Assembly (NCBI GenBank): GCA_964016885.1
Contig: OZ024747.1
Location: 16,058,001 to 16,122,000 of the forward strand
DNA length: 64,000 nt
Origin: Eledone cirrhosa
Taxonomy: Eukaryota
Direction: 5' to 3'
Shown one piece after another: positions 14,663 through 28,800 of this stretch (position 1 is the stretch's first letter; every line of letters starts with the position of its first letter). Under the pieces are notes generated by a model. It ran no database searches. It was not told the origin of the DNA and was given only the letters and a program-made list of their open reading frames with translations. The translations under genes and the position numbers were made by a program.

Positions 14663-14848
14663 GAGAGAGAGGGAGAGAGGGAGGGGAAGAGAGGGGGAGA
14701 GGGAGAGACAGAGAGAAATAGAAAGAGCGAAAGAGAGCGAGAGAGATTCTTATATATATATTTATGTGCGTAATGTTCTCTTTGATCAGGAAAATTATTA
14801 CGAGTTTCGAACTCAGAAAACAGAGACCTAAAATTCTTCAATAAGAAC

Positions 14849-15039
14849 TAATAATCGTTTCTATTATTGGCACAAGGCCAGCAATTACCCAGTGCATTAC
14901 TGGTACTTTATTTTATCGACCCCGTAAGGATGAAAGGTTAAGTTAACCTCGGCGGGATTTGAATTTAGAATGGCAAGGGTCGTAACTCTATGCGTCAAAG
15001 CATGGCGTCCGACCCTCTAACGATACTGCCAATCCACCG
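14849..15039 (-). mobile_element. tRNA-derived SINE
   Basis: Matches consensus. Confidence 0.9.
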
Positions 15040-15339
15040 TGAAAATAATGGTTGAAAGTGAAACGAAGCATGAACGAGGAAGGAGATGTTACATTATTTG
15101 GCGTGTGTGTGAGAGGAAAGGCTATCTTTAGTTATTTATTTGTGTGGTCAGAGCAAGAATGTTCAACAATGCCCTTCGTCAGCTTGCCAATTTGCAAATT
15201 GAATGTATTTTATTTCGGATAAATGGGCGCCCATTACAATTTTGGCCTTGTTTGTTGCATGCGTTAAAAATAGGAATGGATGCGAAGTGGTCAAATCTGC
15301 ACAGTGGAGCCATTCGACGTAGTAACTAATTAGCTTTTA

Positions 15340-15760
15340 AAAGAAAGATGAAATTTGGAAGAACTAGCTAAAACTTGGGCAGCCCATGTTTGATAAAGTA
15401 TAAGTTGAAGGGAGAGCTATGTAATAAGTGTTGTGATGAAGCAACTGAAGTAATGATAATTTACTGTATCCTATCTAGATGTAAATTGCTTTTGCCGATA
15501 TACTACAAGCTGGGAGACGTCAGGTATGTTATGTGGTAGAGCAATTCTCAAACATTGCTGTCTTTTTACAGAATAAAGATTCGTTTGATTAAAAACGTGT
15601 TTGTTAACTAGGATTCCATTACCTTTACAATACTGGAAGTGGTAGTAAGAGGCGTTGATATTGATTGCTTCTGGATATTGAGAAGAACGTCGGATGTTAG
15701 TAGTATGCAAGCTCTTAGAGATGTTTGTTTTCACAGATTTGAACAATTGAATTTGGTTTC
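15340..15760 (-). pseudogene. Highly decayed non-LTR (CR1/Jockey-like) RT C-terminal remnant
   Basis: Minus-strand ctagataggatacag reads LDRIQ in a context resembling LINE thumb regions; many frameshifts. Confidence 0.3.
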
Positions 15761-15907
15761 GTCTTTTATGAAATCACGTCTTATTTGATATGAGATCATA
15801 TTTTTTTTCATTTCTTTTGCTGATAAAAGTTACTATTTGAAATTTGAATTCTAGCCGTCTTCCTTAATTCGTTTACATTGAAGTACCGTTTTATTAAATA
15901 ACATTTC

Positions 15908-16311
15908 AGGGTGGTTGGCAAGTAGAGTCATTAGAGCATCATACACAATAATTTGCGGCGTTTATTTACGAATATATACGATCTGAGTTCCAATGGCGCC
16001 GTTGTGAATTTGTCTTTTCCTCTTTAGATGTCAATGAATTAAAGTGTTACTTACCCATTGAGGTCGATATAATCAAATTTATCCTTTCCAATGTGCTGGC
16101 ATTGCTCATTTGTTAAAAATAATTGTTTCTACTTTTGGCACAAAGCCAGCAACTAAATCAGTGTATTACTGGTACTTTATTTTATCGACCCCTTAAGGAT
16201 GAAAAGCAAAGTTAACCTCGGCGGTATTTGAACTCAGACCATAAAGGACCGTAACTCTTTGCTGCAAAGCATGGTGTCCGACCCTCTACCGATACTACCA
16301 ATCTACCGCCC
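15908..16311. mobile_element. Old SINE (+, 15908-16120) with a young SINE (-, 16117-16311) inserted in its tail
   Basis: Consensus matches; TSD catttgttaaaaataat at 16107 and 16314. Confidence 0.8.
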
Positions 16312-17020
16312 TACATTTGTTAAAAATAATAACTATTGTTGTTATTAGAAGATTGTTTCTTTTTATTATCGAAAGCAGCTGCAAACTATTTAGTTATTGT
16401 TATATTCTGAAGTTTTATCGATGATTACTATAATGATATATCTACGCTTCGGCTAATCTTATACATGTTTATTAGTTTCTGTAAAAGTAATCTAGATCAT
16501 GTTCATCTGAAATATACTGACTTGACATTTTCTGCTTTCAAGAAGATTGTCTTGTATACGAACAGATACTATGTTTGATGACGATTTGATTGCATTATGT
16601 TCTTGCTCTTTGGTTAAGTAAAGGCCGAGTTTATAATCTATTGAACAGAGAGTATAATTCCAATTATACTGTAATAACGTAGAATAAACAGCCCTTGCTA
16701 AAAGATCAAGACCGTCTGGAAAGGAGCTGCACTGTACGTTGTATCAGTTCATTGCGCTTTCAAACTATCCGCCTAATTACATTGCGCTGTGGTACGTTCA
16801 ATGTCAACCATTACAATACACACCAATCAAAACAAAACACTATTCGTACCCAAATCACAAACAAATTGCGCTCGGTTTTGCAGTAAATAACTTTCAATAA
16901 AATATTACGATACACCTACACCGTGTAACATAATTTTTGTTCCCCGGTTCTAAGTATCATTTCATGGTTTGTTATATCCCATTATTATAAAATAAAACAC
17001 TATTATTTAATTAGGAGTTT

Positions 17021-17202
17021 GATTGGTAGAATCGGTAGAGGGTCGAACGCCATGCTTTCCAGCATAGTTACGTCCCTTTACGATCTGAGTTCAAATGCCG
17101 CCGAGGTTGACTTTGCCTTTATTCCTTACGGGGTCGATAAAATAAAGTACCAATAATGCACTGGGTAATTGCTGGCCTTATGCCTAAAGTAGAAACAATT
17201 AT
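17021..17202 (+). mobile_element. SINE inserted inside the transposon subterminus
   Basis: Matches consensus; TSD ttatttaat(t/c)aggagttt. Confidence 0.9.
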
Positions 17203-17397
17203 TTAATCAGGAGTTTGGTTTTGTGGTCAGGAGTTTGATATTTCGAAATTTTCATATTTTTCAAGAAAAAACACATTTAAAAAAAAATTATCAATTCATA
17301 TAATTAAATCAACAGAGTATATATTTATTTTATTACACAAGCTTATCAAAAGCAAACAAGTAAAAACAAATAACACTTATAAAGCAACTTATACACG

Positions 17398-18363
17398 TCA
17401 GAAATGACTGGATTTCCTGGATTTGCGGTTGTAGTCCAGGTCGCATTCCCGCACTAGCCCCCAGATATAGTCCCCCATCATTTTTTCATTGTAGTGGCCC
17501 TGGTACCCCTGCTCTATCTCTTTCACATCTTGGTGGAATCGTTCGACTTGTTCTTCTGAGTAGGCGCCCATATTATCCTTGAATTTTTCCTGGTCAGCGT
17601 CCAGCATATGGAGCTTAAGCGACATTCTGCATTCCATGGCGCCAAAAGCCTTTATCAGATCCTGCACCAGTTGCTGGTAGTTTTCAGCTCTGTATTTGCC
17701 CAGGAATCCCTTAAAAACTGCCTTGAAACAGTTCCATGCTGTTCTCTCAATCCTATTGAGCTTATTGGAGAACTCAGTAGACTCATACACCTTCTTTATC
17801 TGAGGTCCAACAAAAATTCCACCTTTGATTTTGGCCTCAGATAACTTGGGGAAGAACTCAAGAAGGTAATTAAAAGCGGCTGATCCTTGGTTGAGAGCAT
17901 TCACAATCTGCTTCATCAACCTCAACTTAATGTGCAGTGGCGGCATGAGCACAATCCTGGGATCAACGAGTGGCTCCCACGTGACGTTCCGGGTCCCAGC
18001 TACAAATTCTGTTCGCTGCTCCCAGTTCTTTCTTTTGTAGTGGTCATAGGTGGCTCTGCTGTCAGAAAGGCAGAGGAAGCATTGGAATTTGATAAAGCTT
18101 CCTTGGAGTCCATGCAGGAAAGCCACCATCTTGAAGTCTCCAATGATTTCCCAATTGTGCTGCTTGTATTGCAGAGCTTCCAAGAGGACTTTCACACTGT
18201 AGTAATCTTCCTTCAGGCAGACTGAATGAGCTAGGGGCAGTGTCGGGAACTTGTTTCCATTGTGGAGGAGGACAGCCTTCAAACGTGTGGTGGAGCTGTC
18301 TATAAATAGCCGCCACACCTTGGGCACAAACGGCACCCCAATAACATCAAACAGTCCAGGCAC
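17398..18363 (-). pseudogene. Chapaev3-like DDE transposase catalytic region (321 aa); N-terminus frameshifted or deleted
   Basis: Motifs WRLFIDSS..LKAVLLHNGN, IGDFK, CFLC, PPLHIKL, MSLKLH, SEEQVERFHQD; frameshifted upstream KQWNL segment to ~18490; consensus-breaking substitutions. Confidence 0.8.
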
Positions 18364-21300
18364 GTCATGGCAGAAGCAGAGGCATCCCTAAGAGTGTAAA
18401 AGCCAGAGAATGGTTCGTGTCGACTTCTTTGACTTGTCACCTGCACTTCCTCCTTGAACAAGTTCCACTGCTTCACCTGGAGACGAATGCTTAAAAAAAC
18501 AACTTAGCCTTTATTCAGGGTGCTAAAATCCAGTATCACTAAATCTCTTTAACCCACTTTTTAACAATATTATACTTTATTGCACTTTTATAATTTTCTT
18601 TAGGTATTACTCCTTATTTTATAATTTTAATTTAACCTGAAACATATATAAAAAAAATCATTTAACATAAGCAAATTAAACTTACATACAGCATAAAATC
18701 CAGCATACAAATAATTCTAGTGAATAGCTTAGAATGTTTACAAACCCCAACTTTTAACTGTTTAATAGCACTTTTTTATTTATTTGGGACCTAAGCAACA
18801 CAAACAAGTGATTACAAGCCAGGAACAGAGAAAAATGTGTTTTTTTGCTACACGGTGAATCAAACATACCATTAACCACCACAGATGTTCACATATATCA
18901 TTAAAGGTCAACGGCATGAAGTGTATTGTAGTAGTTTGGTATAGAACCTTACGCTGGGAGCCAGTATTACTCTTTGTTTGTGCTGTTAAACTTTCCTTAG
19001 AATCGTTGATCATAACATAAACATAGAAGTTATAGATATTCCAATTTAAAAAGCGACATACTAAAAGTAAAAGAAATAAAAATAATATGCAAATTTAAAA
19101 TATTTAAAGCAATTAATTTTAAATAAATGTGAAAATATAGAAATCATATGAATTATAAGAATTTAAAGAAATGTGAAATATTTAATAAACAACGAAGATC
19201 GACTATTACCCATAACCCATAATTAACCACCGTGTAATGAGAAAATGATCTCATGATTTGTTGCCAACCTAACTTTAAAATATAATAATATAAGTTATTA
19301 CGTTTTTTATTGATAAAATCTATAATATGAATAATAATAGACTGTTAAATATTGACCTGATAAGGGACTGGATGAGGAGACAATGAGTTTAACACTGACT
19401 GACATCGGGACTAAATTTAGGGACATTGCTCTGCTGGTCTACTCAAGTATTTCACTTCAATTTGCTGTAATCTCCCTGATTTCTGTTTCCTACTGCACTG
19501 TACTTAGAGTCATTTTTGAAAGGTTCCAGCAGCATATCAATTATTTTCTTCCAGAAGAGGCTAATATCTCGTTGAAACTCTCAGCATGTTTGGAGAAAAG
19601 GACGAAGTAAATGGTTTTCCTTTATTTATTTTTTGTTTTGGTAAAATAGTCGGTTTTGACAGATGCAGAGGGAGGGAAAGAGAGAGAGTGAGAGAGAAAA
19701 AGAGATAGGTAGGTAGATAAATAGATAGATAGATAAATAGATAGAAAGCGATAGAGAGAAAGGCAGAGAGAGAGAGGGAGAGAGAGAGAGGAGGAGAGAG
19801 AGGAGGAGAGAGAGGAGCTAGAGTAGTAGTAGTAGACTTCAGCATTAGAAGTATGGAATACAAGGTGATCCCGGCTGGATTTGAACTCGACACAGAGAAC
19901 TGGAATCAATACCGTAACCCAGATTCAGTCATATTTCCGCTAATGCTACCTGATATAATACGATTAAAATTTTCTAAAATTTGTAGGGTGAGTAGTGCAC
20001 TATCTTAACCTTACTTCTAACAGTTGCATCTCATTAAAATGAGATACTTATAGCACTTAAGTGCTTTGGACTCCCAGAATACTTCATGGCTTCAGGCTAG
20101 AAAGCATTAAACTATATAAATACTAACTTGGTTTGACATTGCCTAATTCTGGTGATCAAATGAAAACCAGTATTTTAAATATCACGTATCCGCTAGCGAA
20201 TTATTGCATATATAATTTATATCAGCAATAAAACATACTTAAAAAGCATATTGCTTTGTATTATAAAAGTGTCACTGAAAGGTGTAGAAAATGATTTAAG
20301 CAGCTCCATCTCACAAACAATTTAATTTTGTTCTTACGTTGATAGCTTTCCTAGTAAAGATCTTATACTGTGTGCTAAAATATGTATGTATTTACGTAAT
20401 AATAAACAGAAAGTGTAGATATATGCAAATATATGTAAACAAATGTATATATATGGCAATTATGTATACATTTAAACGCATGCTTATAAATGTGCAAGTG
20501 CATTTGTATGCGTTGATATATATGCATCTGTTTATTTATTGATTATTTAAATTGCTTAAGCATATATATGCATACACACGCATATTCTTTAATGTACATA
20601 AATGTTGCATATATGCTGCATTAGCTATGAAACAATGTTCAAATACGTATCAATTGTTTTTATTTTTATTTAGAATTCAATTATATACATGAGAATCATT
20701 CTATGGAAGTTTATAACAATTCAATCCATGTTTAGTGACCTTAACCGTACCTTCCAAGTTCCGCGGTCATTCTCGTGTTTTATACTGAAATTTAATATTT
20801 TGAAATGGACATGAATATACCAAATTATGGTAGAACACGTCGAGAATATCGTGTAATCTTATTTAACATTGTAACTTGAATAAATTATATATTTGCAATC
20901 TACACTGCAGTTCCATGCCTTTCCTCCCCAATTAGTATCGTATGCTTTATTCATGTATAAATAAATAAACCATGGCTGCATTGAAGTTTAGTTTGAAAAT
21001 AAGGTCCCTTCACTTTCAAAACTACCTCGTCTTAAATTACCTGTTTTACGATACATGATTCTTTGTTTTAGAATATTGATGATTATCTAAAACCTACCAC
21101 AATACGATTACGTAAGAAAGAAAGATTCCATTTATGAAAAAAGGTTAATTACAATTTGATATCCATCAAAACTCGTTTGTTTTCTCATATTTATTTCAAT
21201 ACACATACAATGTATTTTATTAGAAATGTGATAAATACGTTATTTACTCCAGTCAAATTACAAGCACTAAGCATTCTGTTAACAATCGAACGCAAAACTG

Positions 21301-21959
21301 ATTATAAAGAAATGTAGATATACATATTGGGAATATAAAACAAGGATATAGAAAGAATTGCTCCGAAACCATTAAAGTTAATAAATCCAGCAATTCTTCC
21401 ATAAGAGCTATATTCGTAATTGTTTAACCCCTCTTTCAGGCAGGTCACAAATATATTCATGAGAAACACCTGCCTCTCTATAAGTTATAGTCATCAGTGA
21501 ACATTACAACTATGTTCATTCGATGACGATGTATATGTTAATTTTAACCTAATAATATATGCATTCACTACACACACACTCTGCGTTTGGTACTCTCTAT
21601 CTTACTTTTGCTACCTCTCTTTTGCACCAACATAATTTAATTAACGCCTTAGAAACAGACACAGAGATAGGGACACAAACTAAGAACATCTCCCTTTCAC
21701 TCTCTCTATCACACATACACGCACATATATATGAAACTAGGATTATAATACTTAATATTGTTGCTAAGCAGTGTTTTGTTTTTATTCTTATTTCATCGAT
21801 AGAAAACTTCTTACAAAAATACGTGTACATATTTATGTTCATTGAATGTTGAGAAAAATAAGAAATAAAACGACATGCGATCAATCAGTTAAAGGTTTGA
21901 AAACCTACCTGATATGATCTTTTCAAATGTACACACTTGTCTGTTGTCAGATTTTCCAA

Positions 21960-22340
21960 TATGCTTTCGAGTAGTTGGGAACTTATCATGAAAGATTACA
22001 CGAGATAACAATTTCACATGCTAACTTTGAAGAACTCTCATCAGTATTAACACTTCAAATGTATCAGAATATCTTCAACAATCTTCATTTGGTGACAGTA
22101 AATAATGCCGTTCAACACTCGAGAAACTGCTTAACTCGGGACATGTATAAGATATGAATACGTATTATAGTATGACATTTTGAGATCGATAAAGATAATT
22201 CGGAACGTTACAATTCTAACTCCAGATTTATCGCTAACATCCATACTTCAGGCAGAATGTCCAGGAATCAGGGGTACGTGTCAGTGAAATTGAGTAACTG
22301 TTAGAAAGACTCACAGATGTATGTTGTATTATACTTATAA
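21960..22340 (+). pseudogene. Very decayed mariner-like transposase remnant
   Basis: Ordered weak motifs: NNAVQH (DNAxxH-like), ccagatttatcg (PDLS), EIE*LLERL (GIEKLPERW-like). Confidence 0.3.
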
Positions 22341-22599
22341 TAAAAAAAGGCAAGCTATATTTCATAGTTCCACACTTTTTTTCTGTTTAGAAATACGTAG
22401 AGGCTACAGCTCCTTATGAAAGACAAAGTCGGGTAAAAACACCACAAATTACAGAAATTCTTGCGTTGAGTTTTCAAATTGTTTTACTAAATTTCAAATA
22501 CATTCAGGCTTCGTTTCGGTTTTCGATACAGTATCAGCGCTATGATTTGTGAGCTGTCTATTTTAGGCAGGCACCATGACTTGAGGGTCACTACAATCC

Positions 22600-22930
22600 T
22601 TTTCCCTTCCCTTTCTTCTTTTTTCTTTCTTCCTACATCTCTCTCTCTCCTTTGTTTTCTTCCTTTCTTTCTTAATTTCTCTCTCATCTCCACTATTCTC
22701 TTTTCTTTTCCCTTTCTTTTCTTCTTATCTCTTTCCTCCTATCTTTCCCACACTCTTCTCTTTCCCTTTCTTTTCTTATTTTCTCTTTCTTCCTCTCTCT
22801 CGCCCACTATTCTCTTTTTCTTTCTTTTCTTCTTTTTCTTTCTTACTTTCTCTCTCATCCACACTCTTCTCTTTTCTCTTCCCTTGCTTTCCATCCCTTT
22901 TCTTTCGTCCCGTTTCTCTCTCCTCCACTC
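22600..22930. repeat. CT-rich polypyrimidine low-complexity tract
   Basis: Read directly; loose ~60-bp periodicity (cactattctc/cactcttctc). Confidence 0.8.
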
Positions 22931-23644
22931 TTATCTTGTCAATCGCTTATTTACTGCTCCTGCTGTGACAACCACTTGCTGCCACTTACATCAGTCCAGG
23001 GCTTATAATATATTTTTTTCCGGCGGCGTTATGATGATAGAACGTGCTTTACTTTTCTCTCTCATCTGTCTGATTGTCTACCCTGTTATGTTTGTCTAAT
23101 CGCGTACGAGTCATACCAGCAGAAACGTTTATTATTTATTGCATGATCTAGCAAAAGAAAACGGGGGTCATTTTCATTAATTCGATAGAAACTGTTAGCC
23201 TCTTTGAGAGGTGAGGGAGTTAACGTGAGTGCATGTGTGAATTTGTACATTTCTAATTGTTACTATGAAATTCATGTGAGTGTGTGTATATTTGTTGAGT
23301 GTGCATATGTGTATGTGTGTGTGTCTGTGTGTGAACATATGTATAGGTGTGTGTGTGTGTACGTGTATCTGTTTATCTATATATACGATCTGAGAATGGA
23401 ATATATATAATTATATGTTTATGCGTGTGGATTTCTACTTGGATGCCAGTACATTCCATTTGAACTCGCAAATACCCTTTAAAATAACCTTCTTTGCACC
23501 CAAGTACTGTTTGGGTAACTGTGTCGGAGTAATAAATAGGCAAGTGTTTCTGATGGGTTGTACTTCTAATTCAAAATAAAATGTTCTAACCCAGTGTTTC
23601 ACACATTCTCTTTGAGTATTTTGATATTCACCCACTTACAACTA

Positions 23645-23835
23645 TAATTGTTTCTTATATAAGCACAAGGCCAGCAATTTTAGGGGGGAGGGGAAAGTAG
23701 ATTAAATCAACCCCAGTGCGAAACTGGTACTTTATTTTATCGACCCCGTAAGGATGAAAGGCAAAGTTAACCTCGGTGGGATTTAATTCTATGCTGCAAC
23801 GCATAGCATCCAACGATACTGCCAATCCACCGCCC
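23645..23835 (-). mobile_element. SINE, long variant with internal deletions
   Basis: Matches consensus; TSD cttacaact(a/t)taatt. Confidence 0.85.
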
Positions 23836-24757
23836 TACTTACAACTTTAATTCCATAGGTTTAACTTCAATTGATGTAAAAACAAGGACCATTGTCGAAA
23901 TCAACCAAGGATCTTCTATGCTCCTTTCTTTCGGATTTAAGTACGTGTTTAATGTAAAGGACAGAATGTTGATATTTGTACAAAATCTCACTTATCGTTT
24001 TTATAACGTTTATTTTAATGTTGTTTTCCTTGTAAATCTAAGAAAATTATAAGCACTTTTAATCTATTTTCAGACCAAGTTGGGTATTCATCAGAGTGTG
24101 TCAATATCCGTTAGATTTTATCGTGTTCTATGTTTTTACGTTGTGCATTTCATTTGTGTATTTTGAAAGATTCATTTTGCTTTCATTCTATATGCCAAAG
24201 AAAACAGACTCCTCTGAATTTACACACAGGAATCCAGACGCAGAACCACTCAAAGAAACACACACACACGCACACACACACGCACACACATGCACATACA
24301 CACATATACACACACGCACGCTCACACACACAGACACACGCGCACAGACACACACACACATATATATATATGTATGCTTGTTTGTCTGTAGTGTTTTCTG
24401 TAAGCATGTATATTATATTGCCTGTCTAGTTATAATTGGTCGTGTTCTTGTAAGATCAATCGATACTTAATCAATATGAAATCATATATTTTGACTGAAA
24501 ACATGGTCTACAGTGTACAACTCCTCCCATGGGTAGGCATGAAAGAAATGTTGTATGCCATTGGTTTAATCCACATCCCCTAGAGTAATATGGCTGCTAC
24601 CATGATGTCTGTCTCTTAGATATAGGAATGAAATAGGTTTACCTATGTTTGCAGCGTATGTATATACACACATACACACACACACATACATACACACATA
24701 CATACATACATACATACATATATACATACATACAGTAATAATAATACATTTGAAGAC

Positions 24758-24831
<74 letters not shown>

Positions 24832-25165
24832 CTTGCGGGGTTTGTATATGTGTAAACGAGCGGTATTTTCTCATATATTTCTGTATACTTGTGTATGATT
24901 TTAATACGGGAATGTAACTTATTATAAGATTGGTTCTATTTACCATGTGGTTTAACGTCTTCATTTATGTTGGCTTGACTTCATGTATAGGAAGCTCACT
25001 TGGCATTCATAACCTTCCATGTTGGACGACAATTCTTTATCAACATAACATTGAGTCAACGTAAAACATGTAATTGAAATTGTTTCATGACACACTACGT
25101 TAGCTAGATCCACATATGTACAAGTGTAGATACACATTACTGTGAAACATCCAAATATTTACAAT

Positions 25166-25520
25166 ATAATTGTTTCTATTATAAGCATAAGGCTAGCAAT
25201 TTTTGGGGAGGGGTGTGTCGATTAAGTCGACCGGCATTATTTCAACTCAAACGGTCGATTGACAGTATCGGTAGCGGGGCGGACGCTATGCTTTGCAGCA
25301 AAGACTTACGTCCCTTTATGATATAAGTTCAAATCCCGCCGGGCTTAACATTGCCTTTCATCATTATGGGGTCGATAAAATAAAATAGCAATAATACACT
25401 TGGATAATTGCTGGCCTTGTTCCAAATGTAGAAACAATTATTTCAACTCAGATCGTAAAAGGGCGTAACCCTATGCCACAAAGCATGTTGTCCGACGCCC
25501 CACCGATACCGCTAATACAA
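25166..25520. mobile_element. SINE (+, ~25250-25441) nested in an oppositely oriented SINE (-)
   Basis: TSD attatttcaactca at ~25237 and ~25437; host 3' part on the left and 5' part on the right. Confidence 0.8.
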
Positions 25521-26921
25521 TATAATGCAACTAGTACGTTGCTCATTTAATTGTGATACAATAATTTTACTTAGTCAGTTGTATGATAAAAAGGAATATT
25601 TTATGGAAAATATCCTCACCTTTAAAATTGTGTGACATAGCATGAAGACAATTAGGCTTTCTATTTCTTATGAGCAAACACCATGTAGGTTCTGTATTGG
25701 TTCGATAATTTGTGATTGTGCAAAGTGGCCTGCTTCTGTGTTTGTGTGTGTGTCTATGAGTGCCTCTCCTTATATTATAATATAGATAATTGACAGAGTC
25801 GTTAGTGTGTTGCATTAAATGCCTCATTATTTACTGCAGCTATCTACACTCTCACATCAAATACTGTCGAGTTCAACATTGTTTATTACCTTTTTCCGAG
25901 TAGATGAATAAGGTACCAGTTAAGTGGTAATTGATTAGGGGAATCATAAAAACGTCTGTCATGATGTATCTATTTCTTCTTTGTGCATTCTGTATTTAAA
26001 TTTCTGAACCTGTCGTTATATCAATGGCGATGTTGGTGGCCGGATATGTGGCCAGAATATAATATGATATCAACAATGAAAAGCCCAATATCGCTTCATT
26101 TATTTTACATATGCCACTGTTGCAGATGTATTTACATATAATTATTTTCAATGACAGTTATGTTTGGAAAGAAAATAATCATACTACTATGCATATTCAA
26201 CTGAGTGTTATTGCGTTTTTCTATTCATACGACAGCATCACTTAGCCGTACAAGTTTTATGTGTATGTGCAACCCATTTCATTGTGTGTGATTATTTTAT
26301 GATGCTGTGGTCTTGTTATTGGGTGTTTAAAAAAAAAAATATATATTTTTTTTGTGAATAGATGTGGTGTGTATGTGTGTGTGTCAGCCCGCACTGTCCA
26401 ATGTACGACATTCTGAATTCCACTGTATATGTTTTTCTTGCAGCATATAGACATGAATATATAATATACATACATAAATGTGTGTATATACATACACACA
26501 CATATATGTATATTTATTGAGGGAGAGAGAGAGAGAGATTAATATATATATATATATATAGGGAGGGGGGGGGGTCGTGTGTGTATTTCCGAGTTATTAA
26601 GTTTTACGTTTAGGTGTCTCTGTATAAAAGTTGTTTACATTAGTGTGTATGCATATATGTATGACATTAGTACGAGGTACGGTGAAGTGGGTTGTATACA
26701 TATTTTGCTACGTCATCATTACTTGTGGAGAGAACTTCCATAAATGCAAACAAATATATAAACAATAATTTAATAACTAAGTTTAAAACATATAGATTTT
26801 ATCTTCTATAGATCAACATAATGCTATTAAATTTAGAGTGTTCTACATAAACAACAAGCATAAATGAATGGACGAAAAATACAATGCAATAATAAGTGTA
26901 GTACTTAAAATATAAACATGA

Positions 26922-27250
26922 TAATAATAATAATAATAATGTTTCTTCTTTTGGCACAAGGCCAGCAATTACTGGTACTTTATTTTATCGACCCCGTAAG
27001 GATGAAAGGCAAAGTTAATCTCGGCGGGATTTGAACTCAGAACGTAAAGGACCATGACTGTGGTGTAGCGCATGGTGTATGTCCCTCTACCGATACTATC
27101 AATTCACTGCCCTTGATGATAATAATAATAATTGTTTCTACCTTTGGCCCAAGGCCAGCAATTACCCATTGCATTACTGGTACTTTATTTTATATAACCC
27201 GTAAGGATGAAAGGCAAAGTTAACCTCGGCAGGATTTGAACTCAGAATGG
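26922..27250 (-). mobile_element. Two SINE copies with (AAT)n tails (26922-27112; 27121-27250 truncated)
   Basis: Matches consensus. Confidence 0.88.
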
Positions 27251-28040
27251 CATATAATGCCCCACCTCCAAAATCACACCCCCCGTTACCACCACCAACA
27301 CCACCCTTAACACAGAACCAGTTGAGAAAATTCTCTTACACCCCTTACAACTGCGATCATAATAACATCACCTCAATCTACACCAGTAATGGCCATAACT
27401 TTACTGTCATTATAATGGCAATAATGATTTCTATTCCACGCGTAACTCAAGCATGAATTACGGGAAGAAAAAAGAAAAATTAATACAGAAGACCAACTAT
27501 GGTTAATCAGGAAGCGTGTACCTCAGGAATGTACCAACCTGAGATCGAAAAGTCTGCCTCTTGAACACCGTCTTAGCATTTCTGCAGATTTTAATTCTTC
27601 ACTTATAAGTTAGTAATTATACATCCTAAATCAGTATTCCTATACTCAAGAATTAGTAGCAGGAAATGGAAGACATGTTAGTGGGAAACAGATAAGTTGT
27701 TTTCAGTATATATATATATATTTTTTTTTTAATCTTTCAGTTTATTAATTGCTTCATCCTATATCATAATAAAAAAAAAGCTGTACCAGCAAAAATTACG
27801 AGAAGAGTGGCTTTAGATTCTGGCGTTTAGTAAGAGATTTTGAGAACCTTGAATTCAGTCTAAAGCACGTTGCAAAGACTGTAGATGTGATAATTTGCAA
27901 AATATTCACTTTTAGTAAGTCACAGTGAAACAAAGTAACACAAAGCATCAACTCCACATGTGTGATTCCTCTTACCAATTTTATCAAAATCAAAGATGAT
28001 AAGGTGACTATGCTTGAAGCAAATTTAGCAATGTTAATTT

Positions 28041-28226
28041 AATAACTGTTTCTACTTTAGACACAAAGCCAGCAATTAGCTAGTGCATTACTGGTACTTT
28101 ATTTTATCGACCCCATAAGGATGAAAGGCAAAGTCAACCTCGGCGGGATTTGAACTCAGATCGTAAATGGACGTAACTATGCTGGAAAGCATGGTGTCTG
28201 ACCCTCTACCGATACTGCCAATCCAC
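28041..28226 (-). mobile_element. tRNA-derived SINE
   Basis: Matches consensus; TSD tttaataac. Confidence 0.9.
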
Positions 28227-28294
28227 TTTAATAACGGTGATCGGTTAGTAGACTTCTGTAGGGATTATATATCAGATAGTGATATTATATCCAA

Positions 28295-28800
28295 AGTGAA
28301 GTTTCACCTATAGAATGTGTAAATATTGAGAAATTTTCTAGCTCCATATTTTGAGGACGATCACATTTCTGATATAGGAGATTTGAGAAAATTTAGCCTG
28401 TATATAAATGAACCAAATGATATTTCTATAAATCCAATTTTAGGAATGTTTATCATATTACAGTGGAAATCAGAGAAAATGGTACATACATATCTCAGTA
28501 TAGTGTCTTTAGAAACATGTGATGCAGTATGGCAGTATCCTACACTTGTGTTGAAAGCCTACCCAGAAGCTTGTTTGTATCCGAAACCTGTAAGCCTAGA
28601 ATCTGCTTTACCATGCTATCAATGATAAGAAAACCTTGAAGATTGTCAGAAATAGTGCTTTACAGCTCAAACACTACACAAAATGTTTTCTGACTCTACG
28701 AATGAATTTTTCTCTTTAATTTTGCATCCAATTCTAAAACATGCCCAGAGAGTGGATCAACTTTTAATCAAATACTATTGACAAAATGAACTTACTTGAA
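28295..28800 (+). pseudogene. hAT-superfamily transposase fragment
   Basis: NFLAPYF..SDIGDLRKFSLYINEPNDIS..LG..MVHTYLSIVSLETCDA resembles the FSLxxDESxDIS first-catalytic-Asp region of hAT transposases. Confidence 0.6.

Larger units (their letters stand above)
16919..18857 (-). mobile_element. Chapaev3-type (CMC superfamily) DNA transposon, internally deleted
   Basis: Termini caccgtgtaac (16919) and gctacacggtg (18857) enclose a transposase ORF; no clean TSD seen. Confidence 0.72.

Noticed and set aside
22000-22050. Minus-strand CTGATGA..GAAA..TC
   Set aside because: Stems I and II do not pair
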